A stretch of DNA of 64,000 nucleotides from contig DATDOM010000093.1 of NCBI GenBank assembly GCA_035293285.1, positions 36,495 through 100,494 on the forward strand, in the 5' to 3' direction. A model generated the notes under the pieces. That model did not search any database. It was not told the DNA's origin and saw only the letters and a list, made by a program, of their open reading frames with translations. The stretch comes from Candidatus Nanoarchaeia archaeon. GTDB lineage: Archaea > Nanobdellota > Nanobdellia > Woesearchaeales > GW2011-AR4. This document shows, one piece after another, positions 9,191-18,287 of this stretch (position 1 is the first letter of the stretch; every line of letters begins with the position of its first letter). The position numbers and the translations under genes are program-made.

Positions 9191-9502
9191 ATGGATTCAT
9201 CAGCACTCGAGAAAATAGCGCAGGATTTGCCAGTACTGGACAACACAACAATTCAAATGGGAAGGCTGTCGAAATTCTATTCAGTCCATAGGGCTGAAAT
9301 AACCATTTGTGAAGGAGATCCTGGAAAACCTAAAAGCAGGCTTTTGTATGTTTATGGGGTTGACGATTCGAGAAAATGGATTTTATGCTCAGCAAGTGGT
9401 GTTCCCATTGAGTCAAATATGTATCTGGACCCAGTAGACCATATGCCAATAAGTATGGAGACAATAGTTGAGTACATTATATTGCAACAACAATCTATTT
9501 AA
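9191..9502 (+). CDS. Hypothetical protein
   Basis: ~104-aa ORF downstream of aspC. ORF-track start 9155 overlaps aspC, so the internal ATG at 9191 is preferred. No recognisable motif. Confidence 0.3.
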   Translation: MDSSALEKIAQDLPVLDNTTIQMGRLSKFYSVHRAEITICEGDPGKPKSRLLYVYGVDDSRKWILCSASGVPIESNMYLDPVDHMPISMETIVEYIILQQQSI

Positions 9503-9524
9503 ACCAAAATAAAATCTTATTCTT

Positions 9525-11000
9525 ATGCCTAATCACAATGTCTCAAGGGCGATGTCAACACAGCATCCTGACAACGTCAGCAACCCGTTCTTCACACACA
9601 ATTCTGAAATTGCAGGAGATGACGAGATAAAAGAGGCTTTTTACACTTATTCGCACATGCACTGCAAAGAACAGCTTTGGGACTGTGAGGGAAAGGAAGT
9701 TGACAATTATGTTGTGAAGAAGCTTTTTGCAAATTACGAGCCATATTTTAGAAAACACAAGCTCGGAAAAGACCTATTCTTGACTTTGAGAGTTCCAAAC
9801 CCCGATGTTGAAAAGAATGAAGCCAAAATCTTGCTTGAAACTCTTGAAAGCATTCCGAGAAACTTTGATGCCGCAAAACTTTTCTATGGGGAAGACATCG
9901 CGCCGATTTTTGAAATTGCGCTTCCAATGGCGTCCGATTACAGGCAATTGACAAGGATATCCCAATACTATAAAGAACATGTTGTCGGCAAGCAGCACAG
10001 CAAGCTTGGAAATGACATAAAAATTTCTGAATGGATTGGAAAATTCCAGCCTGAGAGCCTGAGGATGATTCCATTAATTGAGGAAAAAGAATACATCCTA
10101 AATCCTGAAAAAATCGTGGAAAAATATGTTTTGGGAGAGAAAATAAAGGAATATCAGAGGGTGTGGCTTGCAAGAAGCGACCCTGCACTTAACTACGGAA
10201 ATCTTGCAACAGTGCTTATGCTCAAAGTTTCACTTCAGAAAATAAGAAAGCTGCAAAAAAAGCTCTCAATAGACATGCTTCCTATTTTAGGATGCGGCAG
10301 CGCGCCGTTTCGTGGAAACTTCAAGCCGACAAATATAAAAAACTGCATAGCAGGCTATCCAAGCGTGCACACATATACTTTACAGTCAGCTTTCAAGTAT
10401 GACTACAACATAAAGGATGTAAATAATGCAGTTGAAGTGCTCAACAATTCGAGGCCGTCAGAGCCTGTTTCAGTTAACGAAAAACTTTGCATTCCAATAA
10501 TCGAGAAGCTTACAAAAGAATACCAAAAACAAATCAAGATACTTGTACCAATGATCAATGAGATGGTTCCTTATATCCCTTCAAGAAGGAAAAGAAAGCT
10601 GCACATAGGCCTTTTTGGGTATTCGAGAAACATGGGAGGAGTTAAGCTGCCAAGGGCGATAACATTTTGCGCATCACTTTATTCATACGGGCTTCCGCCT
10701 GAACTTATATCACTTGATTGCCTTAACCAAAAAGAACTTGATTTTATCAGGACATTCTATACCAACTTTGATAATGACTTAAGGGATTCGCTTACATTCC
10801 TAAACGAAGATAACCTTGATTTGTTCCCTCTCGAAATTTCAAAAAAAATCAAAAAAATAAGCAAGATGACTGACTTTGAGCCAAACGAGGCGCACAAGAA
10901 AATTACATCAATAATTGCACAGGATTTAAGCAAAAGAGACCACAAGCTGATTTCAGAAAACGTGACAAGGGCAGGATTTGTAAGGGGATTTTTGGGATAA
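9525..11000 (+). CDS. ppcA: Archaeal-type phosphoenolpyruvate carboxylase
   Basis: N-terminal RAMSTQHPDN motif and ~490-aa size are characteristic of atPEPC. Confidence 0.85.
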   Translation: MPNHNVSRAMSTQHPDNVSNPFFTHNSEIAGDDEIKEAFYTYSHMHCKEQLWDCEGKEVDNYVVKKLFANYEPYFRKHKLGKDLFLTLRVPNPDVEKNEAKILLETLESIPRNFDAAKLFYGEDIAPIFEIALPMASDYRQLTRISQYYKEHVVGKQHSKLGNDIKISEWIGKFQPESLRMIPLIEEKEYILNPEKIVEKYVLGEKIKEYQRVWLARSDPALNYGNLATVLMLKVSLQKIRKLQKKLSIDMLPILGCGSAPFRGNFKPTNIKNCIAGYPSVHTYTLQSAFKYDYNIKDVNNAVEVLNNSRPSEPVSVNEKLCIPIIEKLTKEYQKQIKILVPMINEMVPYIPSRRKRKLHIGLFGYSRNMGGVKLPRAITFCASLYSYGLPPELISLDCLNQKELDFIRTFYTNFDNDLRDSLTFLNEDNLDLFPLEISKKIKKISKMTDFEPNEAHKKITSIIAQDLSKRDHKLISENVTRAGFVRGFLG

Positions 11001-11001
11001 A

Positions 11002-12105
11002 ATGAAGCAGCTTTCGTCGCTTGAGATTCATTATTTGTCAAAGGAAATTTCTGATTTAAAGGACTCAAGGATTGACAAGATTTACCAGCCTGAAAAGAAT
11101 TTAATTTACTTCAGCCTTTACAAGTCAGGGCAGGGCAAGAAAATCCTTTCAATAAATGTCGGCAAGTCGCTTTTCATTTCTGAAAGCAAGGATTATGGGG
11201 AAACACTTGGATTTGGGATGCTTTTGAGAAAATACCTTGACGGAAACTTCCTTACTTCAATTGAGCAAGTTAATTCTGAGAGAATTGTAAAGTTTACATT
11301 TAATCTTAAGGATGACAAAAAACACCTTTATGTTGAATTTTTTGGAAAAGGAAATGCAATCCTTTGCAGTTCTGATGACATTATTATCAATGCGCTTGAG
11401 CATCACGAGTTTAAAGACAGGACAATAAAGCCAAAAATAAAGTATGAAAACCCGTCCAAAAAATTTGACATGTTCAAGCTTACTCAAAAAGAACTAAATG
11501 AGATGCTTTCAAGCTCAAAAAAAGACTCAATTGTAACGTGCCTTGCAACTGAGCTTGGGCTTGGGGGGATTTATTCTGAAGAGGCTTGCTTAAATTCGAA
11601 AATTTCAAAGAATTCCGCTCCAAAAGATATTGATGAAAAATTTGCTGCTATCTTGCTTGCATCAGTCAAGAAATTAATTTCCAAAAAAATCAGCGCAAAA
11701 GCAGTTTTTGAAAATGGAAACGTGATTGATGCCGTGCCTTTTGATATGGAGATTTATGCTTTAAAGGAAAAAAAGGATTTTGAGAGCTTTAGCTCGTCCC
11801 TTGAATTTTATTATTCGCAGTTTAAGGAAGTGAAGGAGACAAAGCAGGAGAAGGAGCTAAAATCAATGCAAAAAATGATTGAGATGCAACAAGCCAAAAT
11901 TTCCGAGTTTGAAGCAGAAGAAAAGGAACTCAGGGAGAAAGGAGAGCTTATTTATCAAAAATATTCTCTTGTCAAGAATGTGATGGATGAGCTGAACAAA
12001 ATTTCTTTAAAGCATTCGTGGAAGGAGATTAAAGAGAAGCTCAAAGGGCACAAAGTAATCAAAGAGATTAATGAGAAAGAGAAGAAAATAATTATTGAGG
12101 TTTGA
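11002..12105 (+). CDS. NFACT-family protein (Rqc2/FbpA homolog), N-terminal domain plus coiled coil; apparently truncated
   Basis: NFACT-N-like N-terminus (IHYLSKEISDLKDSRIDKIYQ...FFGKGNAIL) followed by an E/K-rich coiled coil. Only 367 aa, versus ~600+ aa for complete archaeal NFACT proteins. A gene remnant follows immediately. Confidence 0.5.
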   Translation: MKQLSSLEIHYLSKEISDLKDSRIDKIYQPEKNLIYFSLYKSGQGKKILSINVGKSLFISESKDYGETLGFGMLLRKYLDGNFLTSIEQVNSERIVKFTFNLKDDKKHLYVEFFGKGNAILCSSDDIIINALEHHEFKDRTIKPKIKYENPSKKFDMFKLTQKELNEMLSSSKKDSIVTCLATELGLGGIYSEEACLNSKISKNSAPKDIDEKFAAILLASVKKLISKKISAKAVFENGNVIDAVPFDMEIYALKEKKDFESFSSSLEFYYSQFKEVKETKQEKELKSMQKMIEMQQAKISEFEAEEKELREKGELIYQKYSLVKNVMDELNKISLKHSWKEIKEKLKGHKVIKEINEKEKKIIIEV

Positions 12106-12155
12106 TTGAGTAGACATCATTAAATCTTTCTGCTTTATACGTTCCAGCAGGCAAA

Positions 12156-12422
12156 TTGCCCCTTACACATTCTAAAATCAAAATAGAAGTTAGCCTACCT
12201 ATATGGTTTTCCCCGTTAAGCGCTAAAGCTCTGGCTTTGGACGATAAAATCGGAAGTTTTGAGCCTGGAAAAGAAGCTGATTTCCTTGTTATCAGAGATC
12301 CAAACACGCTTGGCAGATTTAATCTGAACAAAAAGCCTGAAGAAATTCTTTTAAGAATTATTTATGGAGCTACAAAAGAGCATATAGAGCAGGTTTATGT
12401 TCAAGGCAATCGGTTAAAATAA
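12156..12422 (+). pseudogene. C-terminal remnant of a metal-dependent amidohydrolase (e.g. deaminase family)
   Basis: 88-aa ORF with ALALDDKIGSFEPGKEADFLVI..., the typical extreme C-terminus of amidohydrolase-superfamily enzymes. No N-terminal part is present upstream. Confidence 0.45.
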
Positions 12423-12440
12423 ATTTCCTTTAATTCAAAC

Positions 12441-13181
12441 CTATTTCAGATTCTTAAAAGACTTGCTTATTTTTTCATTCCAGAATTCAGGAAGGCTGAA
12501 TGACAGCAACCCTTCAAATTCATCATCCCAGACATAAGTGTATTTTTCCTTGTCATCTTTGTTCTTGAACATTTTTGATGCTTTTTCATACATTTCCTTT
12601 ATTGCCTTTCTTTCAAAAGTTGATTGTAATAGGCTTGGCTCTTTAAACATCAAAGTGTCTGCCAGCCTTAATACATTGACGTCAACCAATGCCGAGTTTT
12701 GGGTTATGATGATTAATGTGAGGTTTTTATGCCTCGCAATTGCCATGAACTTGCTTAATTCCTTGTTCGGGCTTTTCATTGAATCTCGTGACGAGAACAA
12801 AATTGCGCCTTCGTCAATCAATGCTATTGAATTGTTTGGCACGCTTTCAATATTTTCTGACTTTTTTATGCTCCACGGAAGCTTTGCCTCTTCAAAACCT
12901 AAGCAATAGCACTTTCTTTTTGATTTTTTCATGAATAACTCAATTAATTTCATCCCAAAGGCAGTCTTTCCTGAGCCTCTTTTGCCTACTATTAGAATTA
13001 TTAGGCTTGTGTTTAGCAGCTTTTTGTAGAATGTTTCATAGTCTCCTTTCTTTGTTTCTTCAACTTCAAAAGGCTGATAATTAGTGTTTTTCTCTGTTTT
13101 TCTGAAAATGTCCAATATTCCCATGAAAATGACTATATCTGATTGGTATAAAAAGGATTTGGTGAATTTGACTTGTGTCAC
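12441..13181 (-). CDS. AAA+-like P-loop ATPase (IstB/DnaC-like minimal ATPase), hypothetical
   Basis: Walker A VGKRGSGKT, Walker B IALIDEGA ~45 aa later, sensor-1-like LIIITQN. No adjacent transposase. Confidence 0.55.
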   Translation of the reverse strand: MTQVKFTKSFLYQSDIVIFMGILDIFRKTEKNTNYQPFEVEETKKGDYETFYKKLLNTSLIILIVGKRGSGKTAFGMKLIELFMKKSKRKCYCLGFEEAKLPWSIKKSENIESVPNNSIALIDEGAILFSSRDSMKSPNKELSKFMAIARHKNLTLIIITQNSALVDVNVLRLADTLMFKEPSLLQSTFERKAIKEMYEKASKMFKNKDDKEKYTYVWDDEFEGLLSFSLPEFWNEKISKSFKNLK

Positions 13182-13227
13182 AAAAATAAGGGAAAGTTTA
13201 TTAAGAAAATATTAAAGTTATGATATA

Positions 13228-13590
13228 GTGGATAACGATACAACTATAGAAGAATTGAAAAATAAAGTAAAAAAATTCTGTGAAGAAAGAGACTGGGATC
13301 AATATCACAATGCAAAAGATTTAGCTATAGGTATTATAACAGAATCTTCTGAATTACTCGAACATTTTAGATTTAAATCAGAAAAAGAGATTGAAGGGTA
13401 TTTTGAAATTCCAGAAAAGAAAAAAGAAATTTCTGAAGAATTATCTGATATATTATATTTTGTTTTGAGACTATCACAAAAATATAATATAGACTTAACA
13501 ACGGAATTGAGTAAAAAAATTCAAAAAAACAAAGAAAAATACCCTGTTGAAAAATCTAGAGGGTCTAATAAAAAATATGATGAGATTTAA
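13228..13590 (+). CDS. MazG-like nucleotide pyrophosphohydrolase (all-alpha NTP-PPase, DCTPP1/YpjD-like)
   Basis: ELKNKVKKFCEERDWDQYHNAKDLAIGIITESSELLEHFRF ... EELSDILYFVLRLSQKYNIDL matches the MazG-like NTP-PPase EExxE...ExxD pattern; 120 aa. Confidence 0.8.
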   Translation: MDNDTTIEELKNKVKKFCEERDWDQYHNAKDLAIGIITESSELLEHFRFKSEKEIEGYFEIPEKKKEISEELSDILYFVLRLSQKYNIDLTTELSKKIQKNKEKYPVEKSRGSNKKYDEI

Positions 13591-13592
13591 AA

Positions 13593-15587
13593 ATGCTGAA
13601 TAGACTAACAATTTATAACGCACCGAAAAAGCAATTTTTTAGTGATGTTTTAGTTAATAAATTTGCAGATATAATGCAAGAAAATTTTTCAAATTCTTAT
13701 GGTCAAAAAGTAGGAGATTCCGAGTTTAATTCTTGGATAGATACTGGAAAAGTAATTAAAAATTTAATTGAGCTTGGCGGTTTAGAAAATATTTATGTTT
13801 CATTTGAATATCAGATTCCTTATAGGCAACAAAGAATTGATTGTTTATTATTTGGAAAAAATAAAAATGGAAAGGGTACAGTCATACATATTGAGATGAA
13901 ACAATGGAAACAAGTAGAAGCATTAGAATGTGAAGGGAATTTTATTGAAACTTATACTGGAAGAGATAAACGAAAGGTCGCACACCCTTCACAACAAGTT
14001 CAAGGATACCATAATTATTTAATTGGATTTGTAGAAATATTTGAAGAAAATGAAACATGTTTATTTGGTTATGCTTATTGTCCAAATTACGATAAAAAAG
14101 AAGGAGAAGGGTTGTTTGACGCAAAATATAGTGAAGTTGTTAATAAGTTTCCTATTTACACAAAAAAGGATATAGAAAAATTGGCAGATAGATTGAAAGA
14201 ATTATTGTGCCAGGAAGACGGTTTCGACATATTTAATAAATTTATGAACTCTCCCATAAGACCTTCGAGAAAACTTTTGGATAGTGCATCAAAAGTTATT
14301 AAACAAGAATCTGATTTTAATTTAATCGATGATCAAATATATGCAAGAAATGTGATTATTGATAAAATAAAAAGAGGAGAAACAAAAAACGAAAAAAATG
14401 TAGTCATCGTAAAGGGTGGACCTGGTACTGGAAAAACAGTAATTGCCTTACATATTTTAGCAGAATTTTCAGGACATAAAGATAAAAAATACAAAATCTT
14501 TTTTTCATCAAGGTCAAAACCATTAATTGAAGCAATAAAATATAAAATGGAAAGGGGGCAAAAAGCTGGAGAAGTTAATGCAAAAATACTTTTTACAAGT
14601 TTGCATCCATATTCCCCAACAAGGATATCTGAATGTGATTTAGACATTTTAATTGTTGATGAAGCACACAGAATTGGGGAAAAATCAGACCATAGATTTA
14701 CTAAAAAAGAGTATAGAACTAATATGCCTCAAGTTGAACAATTAATCAGATGTGCAAAAACATCTATTTTTTTTATTGATGATAAGCAAGTTATTAGGGG
14801 GGCAGAAGTAGGAAATACCCAATTAATCAAAAGAACCGCTGAGAGTCTGGGAAGAAACATTGAAGAATGGGAATTGACTTCGCAGTTTAGATGTAATGGG
14901 TCGGATAATTATTTGGATTGGTTAGAATCTATATTAGGGTACACAACTGAAAAACGAATTCTTAAAAAAGAGGATAATTTTGATTTTCAAATTATAGATT
15001 CTCCAGATAGACTTTACGAAATAATAAAAGGAAAAAATTCCTTGAAGAAAATGAGTGCAAGAATTGTTGCAGGCTATTGTTGGCCTTGGTCTACAAAATT
15101 AAATGCTAACGGGGAGTTAGCAAACGATGTTAAAATTGGAAACTTTGAAATGCCTTGGGAGACTCACGGAGACATTAAGCCTCCAGAAGGTTATGTTAAG
15201 TGGTATGAATGGGCATATAAACCTGAAGGAATTAAACAAGTTGGATGTATTTATACTGCGCAGGGTTTTGAGTTTGATTATATAGGGGTAATTATAGGTT
15301 CTGACCTAAAATATGATAAACTAAGAGATTGTTTAGTTGGAAATATTTTGGGTACAAAAGACCCAATTCTTAAGAGAAGCAAAGATAGATTTGATGAATA
15401 TGTAAGAAATATTTATCGAGTTTTAATGTCTAGGGGAATGAAAGGATGCTTCGTCTATTTTGTTGATAGGGAAGTTGAGAATTATTTTAAGTCAAGAATC
15501 CATTATGTAGACTCTTTTAATGATTATATCTCTCAATCATCTGATAAATTGGTCATAGCAGAAAAACAAAAAGAATACAAAAAATAA
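13593..15587 (+). CDS. PD-(D/E)xK nuclease domain + DUF2075/Schlafen-like SF1 helicase fusion protein
   Basis: N-terminus has IDCLLF...VIHIEMKQW (D...ExK). Then Walker A GGPGTGKT, DEAH-type Walker B LIVDEAHRI, FFIDDKQ, QFRCNGSDNYLDWL and C-terminal YTAQGFEFDYIGVIIG, all DUF2075 hallmarks. Starts 3 nt after the MazG-like gene. Confidence 0.8.
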   Translation: MLNRLTIYNAPKKQFFSDVLVNKFADIMQENFSNSYGQKVGDSEFNSWIDTGKVIKNLIELGGLENIYVSFEYQIPYRQQRIDCLLFGKNKNGKGTVIHIEMKQWKQVEALECEGNFIETYTGRDKRKVAHPSQQVQGYHNYLIGFVEIFEENETCLFGYAYCPNYDKKEGEGLFDAKYSEVVNKFPIYTKKDIEKLADRLKELLCQEDGFDIFNKFMNSPIRPSRKLLDSASKVIKQESDFNLIDDQIYARNVIIDKIKRGETKNEKNVVIVKGGPGTGKTVIALHILAEFSGHKDKKYKIFFSSRSKPLIEAIKYKMERGQKAGEVNAKILFTSLHPYSPTRISECDLDILIVDEAHRIGEKSDHRFTKKEYRTNMPQVEQLIRCAKTSIFFIDDKQVIRGAEVGNTQLIKRTAESLGRNIEEWELTSQFRCNGSDNYLDWLESILGYTTEKRILKKEDNFDFQIIDSPDRLYEIIKGKNSLKKMSARIVAGYCWPWSTKLNANGELANDVKIGNFEMPWETHGDIKPPEGYVKWYEWAYKPEGIKQVGCIYTAQGFEFDYIGVIIGSDLKYDKLRDCLVGNILGTKDPILKRSKDRFDEYVRNIYRVLMSRGMKGCFVYFVDREVENYFKSRIHYVDSFNDYISQSSDKLVIAEKQKEYKK

Positions 15588-15590
15588 ACT

Positions 15591-16040
15591 TCAATTCTTA
15601 TGCTTAATTTCAATTAAAAACATTCTTCCGTCTGTTGAAAGCAGTTTGATATCAACCAAGTCTTCTTTATGCAGATTGTTAGTCAGTTCTTTTGGAAACC
15701 TAAAAAAGAACGTTTTACCATCATAATTCATGTTTCTTTCTACTGTTATTGTATTTTCATTTAGTAATTGTTTAACTATGAGGAATTTTTCAAATTTCTT
15801 GGCCTGTTCAAAATCAACATATTCTTTTTTGCACGTCTTGCACTGCCAAACATCATAAGCAAACTCAATATGACCATAAGATACTTTTTTGCCTGTCAAA
15901 ACAGTCTTTTTCCCATGGCATTGAAAAGGCCCTTTAAACGAGCTTTCTTCTAACTTGATATTGGCTTCTTGCCCCATATCTCTTGTTTTAAGATTATAAA
16001 ACGGCTCTTTTTCAAGTTCTTGCTGATATTTGGATTTCAT
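15591..16040 (-). CDS. YgiT-type zinc-finger protein (antitoxin-like)
   Basis: CHGKK...(n)...CKTCKK C2C2 arrangement. Overlaps the upstream DUF4258-like gene by 4 nt. Confidence 0.45.
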   Translation of the reverse strand: MKSKYQQELEKEPFYNLKTRDMGQEANIKLEESSFKGPFQCHGKKTVLTGKKVSYGHIEFAYDVWQCKTCKKEYVDFEQAKKFEKFLIVKQLLNENTITVERNMNYDGKTFFFRFPKELTNNLHKEDLVDIKLLSTDGRMFLIEIKHKN

Positions 16041-16297
16041 TTTTTATTATACCTGTTTATTTGCGGTTCTGATGATGGATAAGCCGTTATGACATTTGCA
16101 ATTGGCTCATCATATTTGAATATCATAGTTATGTAACGAACATAGTGTGTTATTGATATGTAAATTTTATCTTCTTGCCTGATAATTTTAGGCTTTCCGT
16201 GTTTAATTGCCTCCCAGAGTTCATCTATTCCTATGCCATGTTTGTATAATATTTTCTCCTGAACGTCCGGACTTATATGCAATTTTAAGTTTTTCAT
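16037..16297 (-). CDS. DUF4258-like small protein (toxin-like partner of the YgiT-ZnF protein)
   Basis: 86 aa, HISPDVQEKILYKHGIGIDELWEAIKHGKPKIIRQEDKIYI resembles the DUF4258 consensus. 4-nt overlap with the downstream ZnF gene, as in TA operons. Confidence 0.4.
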   Translation of the reverse strand: MKNLKLHISPDVQEKILYKHGIGIDELWEAIKHGKPKIIRQEDKIYISITHYVRYITMIFKYDEPIANVITAYPSSEPQINRYNKK

Positions 16298-16320
16298 GGC
16301 AATAAATTTTGTACTTCATA

Positions 16321-16351
16321 TAGTACGCTGAATAGTACGTTTATATAAACC
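16321..16351 (-). promoter_or_regulatory. Promoter/operator region of the YgiT-ZnF/DUF4258 operon with TATA-like box and ACGTAC repeats
   Basis: Minus-strand reading tttatataaacgtactattcagcgtacta: a TATA-like box followed by two (A/G)CGTACT units directly upstream of the 16297 start. Confidence 0.35.
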
Positions 16352-17010
16352 TATCTGACAATTAATGAATTATAACTATGGTTTCCAACAATCAAATGAT
16401 CAAGAACTTTTATTCCAATTAAATCTCCAGTTTCAACAAGCACCCTATTAACTCTGTAGTCTTCATCTGAAGGTTCAACATTTCCTGATGGATGATTATG
16501 AACCAATATAATAGAATTAGCAGAGTTCTTTATTGCTTCCTTAAACACCTCCCTAGGATGAACCAATGAAGAATTCAATGTCCCGATTGAAATAACTTCA
16601 TCTTTGATTATTTTGTTTTTGGAATCAAGAAACACTGCAATAAAATGCTCTTTTTTCAAATCCTTGAGCTTTTCAATATAGTATGAAGCGATATCTGAAG
16701 GGTTTTTAATCACTTTCTCGCAGATTTTGCCTGAATTGACTCTTTTGCTTAGCTCAAATGCAGCAATGATTTTAGCCCCTTTGGCTAAGCCTATGCCTTT
16801 TATTTTCATTAGTTCCTGTAAAGACAGGGAATTAAGGTTTTCAAGCCCAAAACTGGAAATTAGCCTGTTTGATAAATCCAGGACATTTTCTCCTTTGGTG
16901 CCTTTTTCAAGAATCAAAGCAAGCAATTCAGGATCACTAAGGAAGCTAGAATTACTGGATTTTAATCTCTCCCTCGGCCTTTGTTCTAAGGCAATATCTT
17001 TCATCAGCAT
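16351..17010 (-). CDS. radC: RadC-like JAB/MPN-domain protein
   Basis: HhH region (LMKIKGIGLAKGAKI) plus the JAMM motif HNHPSG...D. Confidence 0.85.
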   Translation of the reverse strand: MLMKDIALEQRPRERLKSSNSSFLSDPELLALILEKGTKGENVLDLSNRLISSFGLENLNSLSLQELMKIKGIGLAKGAKIIAAFELSKRVNSGKICEKVIKNPSDIASYYIEKLKDLKKEHFIAVFLDSKNKIIKDEVISIGTLNSSLVHPREVFKEAIKNSANSIILVHNHPSGNVEPSDEDYRVNRVLVETGDLIGIKVLDHLIVGNHSYNSLIVR

Positions 17011-17077
17011 TCTAGTAAGAACATCATAAAACTATTAATAATTGACACTTATAAATTGTATAAAAATACAAAATATC

Positions 17078-17500
17078 CTAATAAAATTCCTCCAAAAACT
17101 CCTTTGGGCTTAGAATCCTTACACCTTTATAATTTTTCAAAGAAAGCAAGTGATTATCTCCGGATATTATAATTGATTTAATTGATAAAGCACAATTTAT
17201 GAATTTATTATCTTCTTCATCATTCAAAACTGCATTTTCATCAAAAGAAGATTTGGTCAAAACTGATTTATCAATAAGATTATCCATAATGAATTTTTTG
17301 TAATCAGCACCAATATATTTTTTGAACAACGGCCTTTCTATAACTTTTTTAATTTCATCTAAAATCTCATATGTTACATAGTTGACAATCTCATCTTTTA
17401 ACAATAACTCGAAGATTTTTGCGGGATTGCCATCACTTGAAATGGCAGCAGATATTATGATATTTGTATCTAAAACTACTTTAACCTTTTCTTGACTCAT
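17078..17500 (-). CDS. PIN-domain protein (VapC-like toxin)
   Basis: VVLDTNIIISA N-terminal acidic motif; 140 aa. Overlaps the upstream antitoxin gene. Confidence 0.65.
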   Translation of the reverse strand: MSQEKVKVVLDTNIIISAAISSDGNPAKIFELLLKDEIVNYVTYEILDEIKKVIERPLFKKYIGADYKKFIMDNLIDKSVLTKSSFDENAVLNDEEDNKFINCALSIKSIIISGDNHLLSLKNYKGVRILSPKEFLEEFY

Positions 17501-17726
17501 TTATCTCTTCCCCAATCTTTTCAGGAGACAATTTTTTTGTATTGTCCCTGAATTTTTTGAATTCCTTAACCAACGAAGTTGTATCCACTTTTTTCATAAC
17601 TATTGTGTTTTTATCAAAGGCACTAACTGCGAATATTGTATTTTCAAGAGCTCCTACTTCTTCCCTTATTTCCTTAGGTATTATGATTTGCCCTCTTTGC
17701 GACATTTTAGCTGTTTCTATGTTCAT
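17481..17726 (-). CDS. AbrB/SpoVT/MazE-family antitoxin
   Basis: MSQRGQIIIPKEIREEVG swapped-hairpin motif; 81 aa. Overlaps the PIN gene by ~20 nt. Confidence 0.6.
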   Translation of the reverse strand: MNIETAKMSQRGQIIIPKEIREEVGALENTIFAVSAFDKNTIVMKKVDTTSLVKEFKKFRDNTKKLSPEKIGEEINESRKG

Positions 17727-17742
17727 TTTGAATCACCAGTTA

Positions 17743-17782
17743 AAAGTACGTTTTACGTATTTATAAACTTTACGTAATATTG
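17743..17782 (-). promoter_or_regulatory. Promoter/operator region of the AbrB-PIN operon with TATA-like box flanked by ACGTAAA repeats
   Basis: Minus-strand reading caatattacgtaaagtttataaatacgtaaaacgtacttt: tttataaa flanked by ACGTAAA units, 17-55 nt upstream of the antitoxin start at 17726. Shares the ACGTA(A/C) unit with the other TA promoter. Confidence 0.35.
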
Positions 17783-17849
17783 TAAACTTATCACTATTGG
17801 TAAGCTATTTGATTTAATATTAATACTAAATTCTTATAATTTCTATAAA

Positions 17850-18215
17850 TTAAACATTCTTTGCAGAAACGGCAATACTAGTATTGGCACCAAAATCCTG
17901 TTTATTTTTTATTCCCAAATTTCTTTCAACCTGTTCATCCACCACAGCCCAGTAAAACTCTATAAACTTCTGAACTTTTTTATTTTTTATGTTAAGCCTG
18001 TACATTTGCGCCCTGCCTACTTTTCTTACAAGAGTTATCCACTTATCTTTCAAAAGCTCCTTTTTTAGCTGCTTGACTGAAGGATAGCTTACATTTGAGA
18101 ACTTGGCAATATCTTTAAGTGAATAATCAAAATCCTGAGAAACTATCAGAAAATCAAGTACCTTGTTTTTCGGACTGCTCCCTTCTATTTCCAAAAATGC
18201 GGATTTTTCTGTCAT
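17850..18215 (-). CDS. Winged-helix transcriptional regulator (MarR/ArsR-like)
   Basis: LKDIAKFSNVSYPSVKQ...LVRKVGRAQMYRLN helix-turn-helix plus wing. Confidence 0.45.
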   Translation of the reverse strand: MTEKSAFLEIEGSSPKNKVLDFLIVSQDFDYSLKDIAKFSNVSYPSVKQLKKELLKDKWITLVRKVGRAQMYRLNIKNKKVQKFIEFYWAVVDEQVERNLGIKNKQDFGANTSIAVSAKNV

Positions 18216-18287
18216 AATTTGTGATAAAACTCCTAAATATAAAAAGCTTTCTTTTTATCCTATAAGGGATAAATTTTTATCTCTTAC

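Noticed and set aside
12092-12331. 79-aa minus-strand ORF
   Set aside because: It is antisense to the amidohydrolase remnant and intergenic space, has no motifs, and is probably spurious.
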